Source: an uncultured Chloroflexia bacterium
Lineage (GTDB): Bacteria; Chloroflexota; Ktedonobacteria; Ktedonobacterales; JADMIN01
Direction of reading: 5' to 3'
NCBI GenBank assembly: GCA_963718915.1
Contig: CAVRAI010000013.1
Span: forward strand, 472,861-504,860
DNA length: 32,000 nucleotides
Shown here: piece after piece, positions 16,632-25,598 of the stretch
How the letters are laid out: each line of letters starts with the position of its first letter
Numbering within the stretch: the stretch's first letter is position 1
Translations under genes and position numbers: made by a program
Notes under the pieces: generated by a model
The model's input: only the letters and a program-made list of their open reading frames with translations
Databases searched by the model: none
Told to the model about the DNA's origin: nothing

Positions 16632-16901
16632 TTAGTCCTGGCAGACATCGAGCACCCAGCGCCTGTTGTCTGGGATACTGACTCTGGGCGTTGCTTCGTA
16701 ATACAGCTCGAAAATTTGATTGTCGGTGGTCTCGACGCGGTAGTAGGTGCGATCCGCCGCCTCTCCCGGCTCCCACCAGCGGGTCGCAAGTCGCCACATG
16801 TCAATAACGCGAACGGGGTAGCTCGTAGCGCGCCAGGTGAAGGCGATGAGTTGACCCTGGTGATGGCGCACCTGCACCGACTCGCCGATGTGTCGCGTCA
16901 T
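16632..16901 (-). CDS. hypothetical small protein (Trp-rich; possibly DUF6504-like)
   Basis: 89 aa with GAGGAGG 8 nt upstream of the ATG. Motifs WRLATRWWEP and RTYYRVETTDNQIFELYY. The family assignment is from memory only. Confidence 0.6.
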   Translation of the reverse strand: MTRHIGESVQVRHHQGQLIAFTWRATSYPVRVIDMWRLATRWWEPGEAADRTYYRVETTDNQIFELYYEATPRVSIPDNRRWVLDVCQD

Positions 16902-17015
16902 GGGGTGAACCTCCTCTGCACCTGCACGATACCGTCAGCCGCTCGCCAGTCCGTCGCCGTATGAGTACACCTGACACATGTCGCCTAACGGACCACCCGC
17001 TTGACAGGAAGGGAG

Positions 17016-17237
17016 TCACACTAGGCCAGAGATTTCGTGCTCGTGAACGACCTTCAACTCGGATTCCTCACCCCCAATTTGGGGGACTTCTATGGTGTAG
17101 ATATAGTCCCCTGTGCTGCCGTTCCAGGCGCGTGCATAGACGACTCCGTGAACTCCTCCACAAGCTGACCACTCGTCTGTCCGCACAACCACGTGGTCAC
17201 CGCGATCGTAGCGTGGCATCGTAGGGTGCTTTGCCAT
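17016..17237 (-). CDS. hypothetical small protein
   Basis: 73 aa with AAGAGG 6 nt upstream of the ATG and nested palindromes just upstream. Its composition looks beta-rich. Confidence 0.55.
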   Translation of the reverse strand: MAKHPTMPRYDRGDHVVVRTDEWSACGGVHGVVYARAWNGSTGDYIYTIEVPQIGGEESELKVVHEHEISGLV

Positions 17238-17665
17238 GGCGCACCTCTTTCTATCTATCTGTATACCTCTCTATATACAGCTATGGTACCACGTGCGCCG
17301 CCTCTCGCGCCGGTGGTGGTGTGGCCGCTTCATCCGTCAGCATCGCATGATACTGCTGAGCGCTTGCCTGGCTAATTCCTGCGTCTGTCTGTTACACGCC
17401 TCCACTCATGTCCTGTCCGCCCAGGCCGAGCCCGCCTTATCCTGGACACTCAAGGTACGTGCCCAACCTGATGCCCTTCCAAGCGGCGCGGTTGTCTCGA
17501 TTGGCGTTGAGGGAGATGTGCCACTTGTGCAATCTGGTTTCATCTGGGGTACGCGCCTCCAGCTGTTGTGACGGCGTTCCGGGGCTTGTTCGGCCTCGGT
17601 CTAGTGGCGTCTCTGGCGCGCCTTTAGTAGACGTGGCAGAGAGAGACGCCCGCTACAGTGATGGG

Positions 17666-17953
17666 TCACCCCGCGGAAGATACAAAAGAGGTCACTGAGG
17701 GATCGTCGACGAATGTGGCCGTCCAGCGTCCCATCGCGACACGCTGGACAACCACGCGCGACTGCTCATCCTGCTTCTGCCTTGGCCAGTACGCATCGAA
17801 GTGATAGACGGCCTCGTCGCCCATTCCGGCAGAGAAAAGAAGTCGTACCCACGCATCTGGATCGTCACGATACGCGCGAATGAGGTCAGTCGCTTGTCGC
17901 GTGGCTTGTTCCCGCTGTTCCTCTTGCGCCTGCGCATGTTGTTCCGTACTCAT
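17666..17953 (-). CDS. hypothetical small protein (charged N-terminus)
   Basis: 95 aa with AAGGAGG 5 nt upstream of the ATG. A hairpin (17606-17650) follows the stop. Confidence 0.6.
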   Translation of the reverse strand: MSTEQHAQAQEEQREQATRQATDLIRAYRDDPDAWVRLLFSAGMGDEAVYHFDAYWPRQKQDEQSRVVVQRVAMGRWTATFVDDPSVTSFVSSAG

Positions 17954-18043
17954 GATTCCTCCTTAATGCTTCAGCATTCCTCGGTAGTCCACTCTGTTTC
18001 GTGTCCGTCGACTTATCGAGGTAGACTAGTGTGCCGCCAGATC

Positions 18044-18418
18044 TCAGTAGCCAGGGACGAACCCCTTCGTGAGCGACGTGTCGGCTGCTCGCTCAACTTT
18101 TTGCTTATGGCGCGACTCGAAGGCGCGTAGGGTACCATAGCCCAGGATAGCGCGCTCTCCCGGTGGGCCGTCACGCATACCGCACACAATGGCGCATGAC
18201 TGGCTGCCATCGGCGAGGATGGTCCATTCCGTCCAGGCGTGGTCCGCGAGTAGTCGCGGTGACTCATGCTGGATATCGGCGAGAAGGGCGCTCGGCTCCC
18301 AATCAGACATTCGGTCGATGCCTGGTCGGTCGGAACTGTGAATCACGTAACCTGGACCTTTCGCAATGACTTCCAGCAAACAATCTTGCACATTCGTCAT
18401 GGTGTCAAAACCTCTCAT
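18044..18418 (-). CDS. hypothetical protein
   Basis: 124 aa with a purine-rich RBS region (GAGAGAGGA). The alternative start is ATG 18400. The 10-bp repeat array sits directly upstream. Confidence 0.55.
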   Translation of the reverse strand: MRGFDTMTNVQDCLLEVIAKGPGYVIHSSDRPGIDRMSDWEPSALLADIQHESPRLLADHAWTEWTILADGSQSCAIVCGMRDGPPGERAILGYGTLRAFESRHKQKVERAADTSLTKGFVPGY

Positions 18419-18450
18419 ATCCTCTCTCGATGCATCTCATGGGATCTTGC

Positions 18451-18504
18451 GGAACCTCATGGAACCTCATGGAACCTCATGGAACCTCATGGAACCTCAC
18501 GGAA
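18451..18504. repeat. 10-bp tandem repeat GGAACCTCAT x5 (+ partial)
   Basis: Read directly from the sequence. The last unit carries a T>C change. A degenerate copy (CATCTCATGGGA) lies at 18433-18444. Confidence 0.95.
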
Positions 18505-19791
18505 GAGTCTCAATCTCTGAACCTGGGTGCGCAGTCGACCGCGCGCCCGCTGCCGAGTACTACCTTCGCCCACCCGTAGCGTTACACCCGCTGCTCTCAC
18601 GGGTGGCGCAGTGGGCGCCTCCTGAGTCGGCGGAGACTGGGTCGGGGTGGGAGGATACTGGAGGGGATGATCCTGCCGCCATCCCCGCCACACGGTAGTG
18701 AGTAATACCTGGAGGAGACCCGCCACAGGCGCGGCGAACAGCGCGCCCCATACTCCCAGCAATTCCGCGCCTACCAGCAGCGCGATAATCGAGACGGCAG
18801 GATGCAGCCCCACCGCCCTCGCGAGCACCCGTGGGGCTACGACGTACCCCTCCAGGACGTGAATGAGCACAAAATAGCCCAACACGATCAAGGCGAGCAC
18901 CCAGCCCTGTGTCAGCGCCACCAGGACGCAAATCACTCCAGACAGGAGCGTGCCGAGCGTCGGGATGAACTCGAGCAGGAAAGCGAGGAGGCCTAACAAC
19001 ACGGCGTAGGGTACCTGGAGGAAATACATCCCGCCCCCAACCATAGCCCCCACGAGGGTCGAGAGGATGAGTTGGCCACGCAGATACCCCCCAAGCACCC
19101 GCTGCACAGCAGCCAGGGTGCCGACAACACGCGCACGTTGCAAGATGGGCGCGCTCTGACCAAGCCAACTGACGATCCGCGGCCCCGCGACGAGGAAATA
19201 GAGGCTGAGGACTAGCACCAACACGGCATCCAGGATGGCGGCGAACAGACCCGTGACGACGCCACTCAATAGTGGGAGGGCGTTCTCCGCCGCATGCTGG
19301 AGTTGCTCCGCGGCGCGCTGGCTCAGATCCTGGATCTGCTGCTGGGACAGGCCCAACTGTGCGAGTTGCTGGGCCAGAGGCGTCGGCTCTCCCGCGCGTG
19401 GGGAACTGAGCAGTCGCGTAATCTGATCGGTGAGGGTGGCCAGTTCAGTGGTCGCATTGGTGACGAACAGGTAGCCGATGCCACCGGCGAGGCCGACCAG
19501 GACGAGGTAGACTAAAGCGATGGCCGCAGGGAGCGGCACAATGCGGGTGAGCAGCCGCACCGCCGGGGAGACGGCGTAGGCCAGCAACGCGGCCAGTGCG
19601 ATGATGAGCAGTGGACGCAACAGATAGACACCCACCCACAGGCCTGCGACGGCTAGCACCACCCAGAGAAAGAGGGTGAGCGTGACGTCACGCCGCCGCG
19701 CCCAGGCAGGATAGGCGGGATAGGGAGCATCAGCGGAAGCGGCAGTGCGCGTGCCGCTGGGCTCGGTGGCAGTAAGAGGCGTTTTGATCAT
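18487..19791 (-). CDS. AI-2E family transporter (PerM/UPF0118)
   Basis: 434 aa with about 8 TM segments and a family-typical C-terminal core (..EFIPTLGTLLSG.., ..APRVLARAVGLHPAVSIIALLVGAELLGVWGALFAAPVAG..). ATGA overlap with the upstream gene. Confidence 0.9.
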   Translation of the reverse strand: MIKTPLTATEPSGTRTAASADAPYPAYPAWARRRDVTLTLFLWVVLAVAGLWVGVYLLRPLLIIALAALLAYAVSPAVRLLTRIVPLPAAIALVYLVLVGLAGGIGYLFVTNATTELATLTDQITRLLSSPRAGEPTPLAQQLAQLGLSQQQIQDLSQRAAEQLQHAAENALPLLSGVVTGLFAAILDAVLVLVLSLYFLVAGPRIVSWLGQSAPILQRARVVGTLAAVQRVLGGYLRGQLILSTLVGAMVGGGMYFLQVPYAVLLGLLAFLLEFIPTLGTLLSGVICVLVALTQGWVLALIVLGYFVLIHVLEGYVVAPRVLARAVGLHPAVSIIALLVGAELLGVWGALFAAPVAGLLQVLLTTVWRGWRQDHPLQYPPTPTQSPPTQEAPTAPPVRAAGVTLRVGEGSTRQRARGRLRTQVQRLRLFREVP

Positions 19792-20975
19792 AAGAGTTCC
19801 TCGCTCTCGCGGGAGGCAGAATTCTGCCTGAGAGCACGAGTCTGCTCTCGTTCATGACGGAAGCGCGGCAGACGCAAGCTGAGCGGGCGCCCGCTGCCCA
19901 CTCGACGCAGCACCGCTTCGGCATAACGTACCAGCCGTGACCGCGTATGGCGCTGCATTTCCTCCTGCGGCATGCCCGCTGTTGGGCCTGCGGCTCCTCG
20001 CAGTGTGTGATGCGCCTGCACAGCGTGCAGTACCCCTGGCAGATCTGTCGCTGTCGCGCGCTGGCCCGCAGCCCACGAGTTGATCTCGGCTCCCAAAAGC
20101 AGGATAAACGCCAAATAGTAGAGGAAGAGCAGGATCACAAAGGCAAAGCCAGCAATCGTGCCGTAGTTATCGGCGCGCAGGAGAAAGTGTTGGTAGACCC
20201 GAAAGATCCCTTCATAGAGCATCAGCAACACCACAGCCACGACGATTCCCCGCCAGTTTCGTCGCCACGTGCGCCAGCCTCTGGCTCGATTGGGTACGAA
20301 GGCGTAGGTGGCGCCAATGCCGAGCAGCGCCGCGGCGAACCAGATGAGCAGTCGCCCCCCGCCGGAGAGCATTGGACCCAAGGAGCCTTGATTGCGCGGA
20401 TCAACCAGGGCAACCAGTCCCGCCGGGAGAATGGAGACGAGGATGACGACGGACACGACGACGAGCGAGAAGGCCAGCATCCCAAAGGCCATGCGGTTCT
20501 GCCGCAGCGGGTCGCGGCCGCGCAAGCGGAAAATGATCCCGAAACAGCCTTCCAGGGTGACAAAGAGGCGTGAGCCAGCGATAACCGCCACCACGAGGCC
20601 GAGCGCAAGGAGCAATCCGGCACTTCGCTTCAGGTGTGTGCTCACTCCCTCCACGAGGATAACGCCGATGCTGCCTGGCAGCGCAGCCGCCACAGTCTGC
20701 TGGAGTTGCTGCTCAGCCGTCGGCGAGATGATTTGTAACAGTAGTCCGCAGGCAGCAAGCAGGAGCAGGAGTAAAGGGAAGAGCGCCATGAGAAAGTTGT
20801 AGGCCAACAGTCCGGCGAGATTGAAAATCCAGTCGTTGTTTATCTTCGCCCAGAAGCCTCCCAGTGTTTCCCGCCAGACGCCGAACCCCGCTGCATCCGG
20901 TGTCTGCCGAACAGCGATGTGGGGCGCGAGCGGTTTGTCGGTCACAGTCTTACCCACAGCCTCGCTCGTCATCAT
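19788..20975 (-). CDS. YihY/BrkB (virulence factor BrkB) family membrane protein
   Basis: NNDWIFNLAGLLAYNFLMALFPLLLLL and multiple TM segments, then ..YGTIAGFAFVILLFLYYLAFILLLGAEIN. GGGAGGA precedes the ATG ATG at 20975/20972; the track ORF extends to 21002. Confidence 0.88.
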   Translation of the reverse strand: MMTSEAVGKTVTDKPLAPHIAVRQTPDAAGFGVWRETLGGFWAKINNDWIFNLAGLLAYNFLMALFPLLLLLLAACGLLLQIISPTAEQQLQQTVAAALPGSIGVILVEGVSTHLKRSAGLLLALGLVVAVIAGSRLFVTLEGCFGIIFRLRGRDPLRQNRMAFGMLAFSLVVVSVVILVSILPAGLVALVDPRNQGSLGPMLSGGGRLLIWFAAALLGIGATYAFVPNRARGWRTWRRNWRGIVVAVVLLMLYEGIFRVYQHFLLRADNYGTIAGFAFVILLFLYYLAFILLLGAEINSWAAGQRATATDLPGVLHAVQAHHTLRGAAGPTAGMPQEEMQRHTRSRLVRYAEAVLRRVGSGRPLSLRLPRFRHEREQTRALRQNSASRESEELL

Positions 20976-21140
20976 ATCCTCCCTGCAGCCTCTTCCCCGC
21001 AATCACTCCTCTGAGGACCCCGCATGCGCCCGTCGCCTGACCGCAAGGGCAGCGTTGTGGGAGAGGCCTTTCTTCCCATACAGTTTTCCCATACAGCGCC
21101 AGGTACTTCAGATCACAGACTCGCACCCCTCCCGGATGAC

Positions 21141-21443
21141 TCAGTGGTGATGCGCAGGCGCTTCGACGACTCGTTCAATACCATCTTTGAGGTCGTGCTC
21201 CGCGGTCCGGACGCCGCCGATAGCCTCACGCACGAGTATCGTCAACCCCGCCGCGTAGGCCAGGAGGACACCGACAATTCCTGCAACGATGACAGTGATC
21301 GCCGTCGGGGGCCACACATGGGTCGTCTGGTAGGCAAACAGGAGGCTTACCCCAGCCCCGATTGCTCCGAAGAGTACGACCGCGAAGGCAATCCGGAAGA
21401 AGGCATGTATGGCGGTCTTGATCAAGTGGCTCAGTAACATCAA
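21141..21443 (-). CDS. small membrane protein (2 TM), hypothetical
   Basis: 100 aa with two hydrophobic helices. AAAGGAG lies upstream. Confidence 0.6.
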   Translation of the reverse strand: MMLLSHLIKTAIHAFFRIAFAVVLFGAIGAGVSLLFAYQTTHVWPPTAITVIVAGIVGVLLAYAAGLTILVREAIGGVRTAEHDLKDGIERVVEAPAHHH

Positions 21444-21655
21444 GCTGTGAACTCCTTTAACTGGTCAGACCAGCGGGGTTATGCACTCCGCAACAATGGT
21501 CCGCCAACTGAACAGCAGCGCGCTCTTGCTGGAGATGGGAACTGGTAGCCCTAGCGCACCAACTCCTTTGTTCCGGACAGGATACAGTGGGATACCCATC
21601 TGGTGGCCGGGGGCGCGCGTGAGGCAGCGAGCCAGCCACGCGCCTTGCCCGTTGC

Positions 21656-21937
21656 TCATCGCGTGGCTGCCGGGTCTGCATGTACCGGCCACCTAGTGGT
21701 CGGCGCCTGGTATGTGATCACCAGCTGCTCATGACGCAACCCAAAGAAGCCAAGGACACGCCTGACGTAGCTGTGGCGCGCCAAGCCGCTCGTGTTCGAG
21801 ACAGTGTAGCCTTCGCGAGTGTACAGCTCCTGCGCGTCGTGGTGGAACGCACGGGCTGACGTATACTCGCGCACGATCACTGGTGTTGGCTGTTCGGACG
21901 TGGTGGGGATGGTGGATACGGTAGGTTGTACTTGCAT
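21656..21937 (-). CDS. hypothetical protein
   Basis: ATG 21937 has AAGAGG 9 nt upstream; the track ORF extends to 22015. No recognisable motif. Confidence 0.45.
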   Translation of the reverse strand: MQVQPTVSTIPTTSEQPTPVIVREYTSARAFHHDAQELYTREGYTVSNTSGLARHSYVRRVLGFFGLRHEQLVITYQAPTTRWPVHADPAATR

Positions 21938-22210
21938 CGCAGTAAGCCTCTTTCGCTCCTGTTTCGCTTGTGATACGCCCCTGCCGGAAAGTGGCGTGGG
22001 CCGCATGCCCTGCATCTGTCACTGCATCTGCCAGGGCTGGTCATTGGCGAAGAAGGCTCACTGGGCGTTCCTCGTGGAGTCGTGAGGGTGCGCTAAAGCT
22101 GTCAGCGCGGCCGCAAGGTGACGACGAGAAGAAGAGAGGCGAAGGACGGCGCCAATCAGGCTGAGCATGATGATGCGGACCTTCAGGACTGTTCTCCTTC
22201 TTCCTGCCGG

Positions 22211-22242
22211 GCCAGACACCGACAAATTACTGGGTGTCTGGC
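22211..22242 (-). terminator. perfect 10-bp stem / 12-nt loop hairpin downstream of the GlsB-family gene (no U-tract)
   Basis: GCCAGACACC (22211-22220) and GGTGTCTGGC (22233-22242). Confidence 0.3.
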
Positions 22243-22310
22243 AGATACATAGCGCCCTATAGTGTGTCCGCCGATGCACAGCGTCAAAGGGCTGTCGCTC
22301 GGCTTACGTT

Positions 22311-22613
22311 CTATGCTTCGGCATGCCGGAAGCGGCGGGAGGTGGCGAGATGTACGAGCACGACCAAGAGGATCGCGCCGATGATCGCGACGATAAGCTC
22401 GCCTATCAGCCCAAACTGGGTGAGGTTGAACAGGCCGAAATAGCCGACGACAAAGTTGGCGACAATTGCTCCAATTATGCCAATCACCAGGTCGCCCAGA
22501 ATGCCGAAGCCCCCACCCCGCATGGCGCGGCCCGTAAGACCAGCGGCGATGGCGCCCGCAATAATTTGTAACGCCAGATCGCTAAAGGTCACCGTAAATG
22601 CTCCGAGTACCAT
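22311..22613 (-). CDS. GlsB/YeaQ/YmgE family stress-response membrane protein
   Basis: Glycine-zipper helices GDLVIGIIGAIVANFVVG and GELIVAIIGAILLVVL. ATG 22613 is preceded by GAGGAG; the track ORF extends to 22676. Confidence 0.85.
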   Translation of the reverse strand: MVLGAFTVTFSDLALQIIAGAIAAGLTGRAMRGGGFGILGDLVIGIIGAIVANFVVGYFGLFNLTQFGLIGELIVAIIGAILLVVLVHLATSRRFRHAEA

Positions 22614-22756
22614 TGGACACGCTCCTCGTTCTGCCAGGCGCCGCGGTGGGCGACACCCGAATCCATTCGAATTCACTCAAATTCACTTGAGTCTCGCTAT
22701 GTAGCCGAGAGGTAGCCGGTCGCATCCGACGAGCAGCATTTCGTGACCACAAATTA

Positions 22757-22829
22757 TTGACTTACGTTCAACAAACAGAGTGTATCACGTACTTGAACCA
22801 AAGTCAATAGTGTATTGAACAAAGGTCAA
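22757..22829. promoter_or_regulatory. three 15-bp operator-like sites, TTGAAC-N4-GTCAA (one inverted)
   Basis: TTGACTTACGTTCAA (22757-22771, reverse orientation), TTGAACCAAAGTCAA (22793-22807) and TTGAACAAAGGTCAA (22815-22829). They lie in the AT-richer region between the GlsB-family gene and the divergent TetR gene. Confidence 0.55.
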
Positions 22830-22916
22830 TTATGTGGTAGTCTCTCCAATATGAGTGCATCTGCGGATGCTTCTTCGGCTGCCTTCTTGGCTGACTTGTA
22901 AACAGGTACGACAGAA

Positions 22917-23648
22917 TTGACTGCTTCTCGACATCGGTGTGGGCAGGGTGAAGAGGAGCATAATGAGAAAAGATTTACAGGAATGGTCATGGAACAAATA
23001 GAACAAACGGAACAAGATGATCAAAAGATAGCTCTGCGGATATCCGCAAGAGCAGAGCCTGCGGAGCCGGGGAGGCCGGAGAAACGTGTGCGGCTGTCGC
23101 GAGAGGCGCGCATCCAGCACATCCTCGCAGTGAGCCAGCGCCTCTTTTCCACCCACGCCTATGATGCAATCGCCATTGAGGACATAGCTGCCGCAGCCGG
23201 GATGTCAAAGGGGCTGCTCTATCACTATTTCGCGAGCAAACGCGACCTCTATCTGGCGACCTTGCGCCACGTCCTTGCGCAGATGCTGCAGTTCACAGAT
23301 CTTCACCCCGATCTTCATGCTGGTCTCTCTGAGACCTTATCGCTGTTCGAGCGGTATCCCGGCTTGGCAAAGATGGTGTTGCGCGCGGGAATAGGAGTGG
23401 ATGCTGAGGTGGATGCGCTCCTTACCACCTATCGTCAGCAGCAACTGGATCGGATCTACCACGGCCTGGGCTTCTCCGTTTCTGACCCAGACCCACACCC
23501 TCTGGTCCTGCTTGGCCTGCGTGGCTGGTTGAGTTTGCTCGAAGAGGTCTGCATGCAGTGGGTTCTGCAGCCCGATGTGACCCGAGAGCAGGTCGTTCTT
23601 CTCCTTGAACAGAGCTTGCAAGCCATTCTCAGCGCGACCGCCGCCTGA
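22917..23648 (+). CDS. TetR/AcrR family transcriptional regulator
   Basis: HTH region ILAVSQRLFSTHAYDAIAIEDIAAAAGMSKGLLYHYFASKRDLY. The true start is probably ATG 22983 or 22989. Confidence 0.88.
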   Translation: MTASRHRCGQGEEEHNEKRFTGMVMEQIEQTEQDDQKIALRISARAEPAEPGRPEKRVRLSREARIQHILAVSQRLFSTHAYDAIAIEDIAAAAGMSKGLLYHYFASKRDLYLATLRHVLAQMLQFTDLHPDLHAGLSETLSLFERYPGLAKMVLRAGIGVDAEVDALLTTYRQQQLDRIYHGLGFSVSDPDPHPLVLLGLRGWLSLLEEVCMQWVLQPDVTREQVVLLLEQSLQAILSATAA

Positions 23649-23808
23649 AGTTGACAGGGATCGCTGTCATTAGTAGCTATTCGCCGGGTGACTCCCCCGC
23701 ACAACCATGATCATTCAGATCTATGCAGAGGTACCACAAAGGCGCCAAGCAGATGCAGACGATTGTGTCGTCTAAGCGCTGCTCGTGTACCCATAAGTGC
23801 GACATGGG

Positions 23809-24240
23809 TTAGCTTGTCGTGTCACTGTGTCTGACGGACCCATTCTCGTCGAGACCAGTGACAGTGGCTTCCTTCTCGCTTTGCGCCGCACTGTCATGGA
23901 TATGCGTAAACTGCTGCCTGAGCAGCAGGATATCCTCATCGCTCAGGTTCTCCAGATCCACCAGGCTCGTACGCGCCCCGACGACACCACGGAGTAATTC
24001 ATCGAGTTTGAGTTGAATCGCAACCGCATCCCGATTTTGTGTGTTCTGAATGAGAAATACCATAAGGAAGGTGAGAATCGTAGTCCCGGTGTTCACAGTG
24101 AGCTGCCAGGCGTCAGAAAAGTGAAATAGCGGCCCGCTGACGCCCCATGTGAGGATCGCAAGTACGGCGATTATGAATGCCCAGGGCGAGCCTGTGGCAG
24201 TCGCGGTGATAGCGGCAAACCGGCGAAAGACATGTTTCAT
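23809..24240 (-). CDS. low-affinity iron permease family protein
   Basis: GSPWAFIIAVLAILTW..NTGTTILTFLMVFLIQNTQNRDAVAIQLKLDELLR matches the conserved core of this small 2-TM family. Confidence 0.8.
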   Translation of the reverse strand: MKHVFRRFAAITATATGSPWAFIIAVLAILTWGVSGPLFHFSDAWQLTVNTGTTILTFLMVFLIQNTQNRDAVAIQLKLDELLRGVVGARTSLVDLENLSDEDILLLRQQFTHIHDSAAQSEKEATVTGLDENGSVRHSDTTS

Positions 24241-24377
24241 CTACAAGGCCTCCTCGTTCTCTTCAGGAGGCGCACAGGTCGAATCAGTCGAAACGATGTC
24301 TGGTACCCTCCCTCAGGTCAACTCAGTATATCTCAGTGGAAGGTTGATGAGTGGATGCCAGTTCCTACAACATGCGC

Positions 24378-25427
24378 TCACAGCGTTGGCACGCTCGCCT
24401 GACGTTGCGCCAGCAGTTGCAACCAGATGCGCGGGACCGCCGTAACGTCGAGTTCCCGCGCTGCTTCCACCGCCGCCCAAGCAAGCGCCTCCGCACCGAG
24501 AGGAATGGGAATACCGGGCAATGCCCCGGCAATAAAGAGTCGGTAGCGCCCAATATCTTGCACTGCCTGTACAGGCATCAGCACCTGCTCAAGGGCGCGC
24601 TCAACGATCTGTAAGCCCTGTGCTTCCAGGAGAGTAACGTACTCGTCCGCTGACAGCCAGGCGAGGGTCTCAATCTGGCCTCGGTGGGTTGGGTGGAGGT
24701 CAGGGTGGTGCTGCCGGAGCCAGCCAAATGCCAGGCGGATCCATCGGTGGGTGAAGCGCACGCTTTCGGGAGTCTGGGCGCCTGTAAAGAAGGTACTATT
24801 ACAGGCGAAGAACCCTTCTGGGGCAAGCACGGATGCAATCTTCCTGACCACATCTGGCTTATCTGGAATGAGATGGAGAGCGTTGCATAAAAAGACTGCA
24901 TCGGCATCTGTTACGACATGTGCCAGCTGATCCGCGTCACCCTGGACGAACTGCACGGCGCGCCCCTGCAGGCGCTCGCGAGCGATCTCTAACGCCTCGA
25001 TGGCTGGTTCGATGCCGATCACAGTCGCGGCCCGCCCTCGCTGCTGCAGTTCGTCCAAAATGAGCTCTGTCACCGCTCCAGTGCCCGAGGCCAGCTCTAC
25101 GACGCGTACGGGCGTGTCCTTTGGCCGGGCAGCATCCAGCCGAGCGATGGCACGCTGGACCAGCGAGTGGTTAATCCTGGCATAGAACGGGTGTCGCGCA
25201 AAAGGATCAAAGCCATATGCGTCGGCGCCTGGCAGCGTCTGCCTCGGTAGCGTCTCTCCCACGGAAGCGTCTCCCTTCCTGACTGGTGAGCTGCGCCACC
25301 ATTCAGTAGGTTCGGTAGGTGCAGAACACTTGTATGGTGTACCCCAAAAGCGGGCGTACCTGCAACCACCTCTCACCATCCAGGCATGTTGGTCAGGAGA
25401 TACCGCTTGCGCCCTTTCACACACCAA
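24378..25427 (-). CDS. class I SAM-dependent methyltransferase (start uncertain)
   Basis: Motif I VVELASGTGAVTELILDEL and post-I VIGIEPA, then ..DAVFLCNALHLIP. Confidence 0.8.
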   Translation of the reverse strand: MVCERAQAVSPDQHAWMVRGGCRYARFWGTPYKCSAPTEPTEWWRSSPVRKGDASVGETLPRQTLPGADAYGFDPFARHPFYARINHSLVQRAIARLDAARPKDTPVRVVELASGTGAVTELILDELQQRGRAATVIGIEPAIEALEIARERLQGRAVQFVQGDADQLAHVVTDADAVFLCNALHLIPDKPDVVRKIASVLAPEGFFACNSTFFTGAQTPESVRFTHRWIRLAFGWLRQHHPDLHPTHRGQIETLAWLSADEYVTLLEAQGLQIVERALEQVLMPVQAVQDIGRYRLFIAGALPGIPIPLGAEALAWAAVEAARELDVTAVPRIWLQLLAQRQASVPTL

Positions 25428-25598
25428 TGAGCTTCATAGCCGCTGATGTGGGCTGATTCATCGACGCTCTTCACCGAATGCGCGTCTATGAATGGCCATC
25501 AGGAATGCGTGCGCCTGTTTGACGATCAATTCTGTCACGTGCCACTCAACCGTTCGTGCCAGTGTGATGAGATCAGCGACATTGCGCTGTACGAGTTA

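Noticed and set aside
17259-17280. CTGTATAC shared with the IS terminal repeat, considered as a solo IS end
   Set aside because: Only an 8-nt palindromic core matches. It forms its own local inverted repeat and is better explained as a regulatory palindrome.
18451-18504. Tandem repeats at 18451, 12708 and 27784 as a CRISPR array
   Set aside because: The units are 9-10 bp and directly abutting, with no spacers, and no cas genes are present. These are simple microsatellite-like tandem arrays.
21444-21655. Structured RNA in the 210-nt gap upstream of the small membrane protein gene
   Set aside because: It contains an 8-bp inverted repeat (GCCACGCG/CGCGTGGC) but nothing I can match to a known RNA family. 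This cannot be supported without covariation analysis.
25458-25598. 45 further in-frame, helical-looking codons directly after the TAA TAA stop of the TetR gene
   Set aside because: A double stop makes read-through implausible. Third-position GC is lower than in real genes here, and there is no independent start or RBS.
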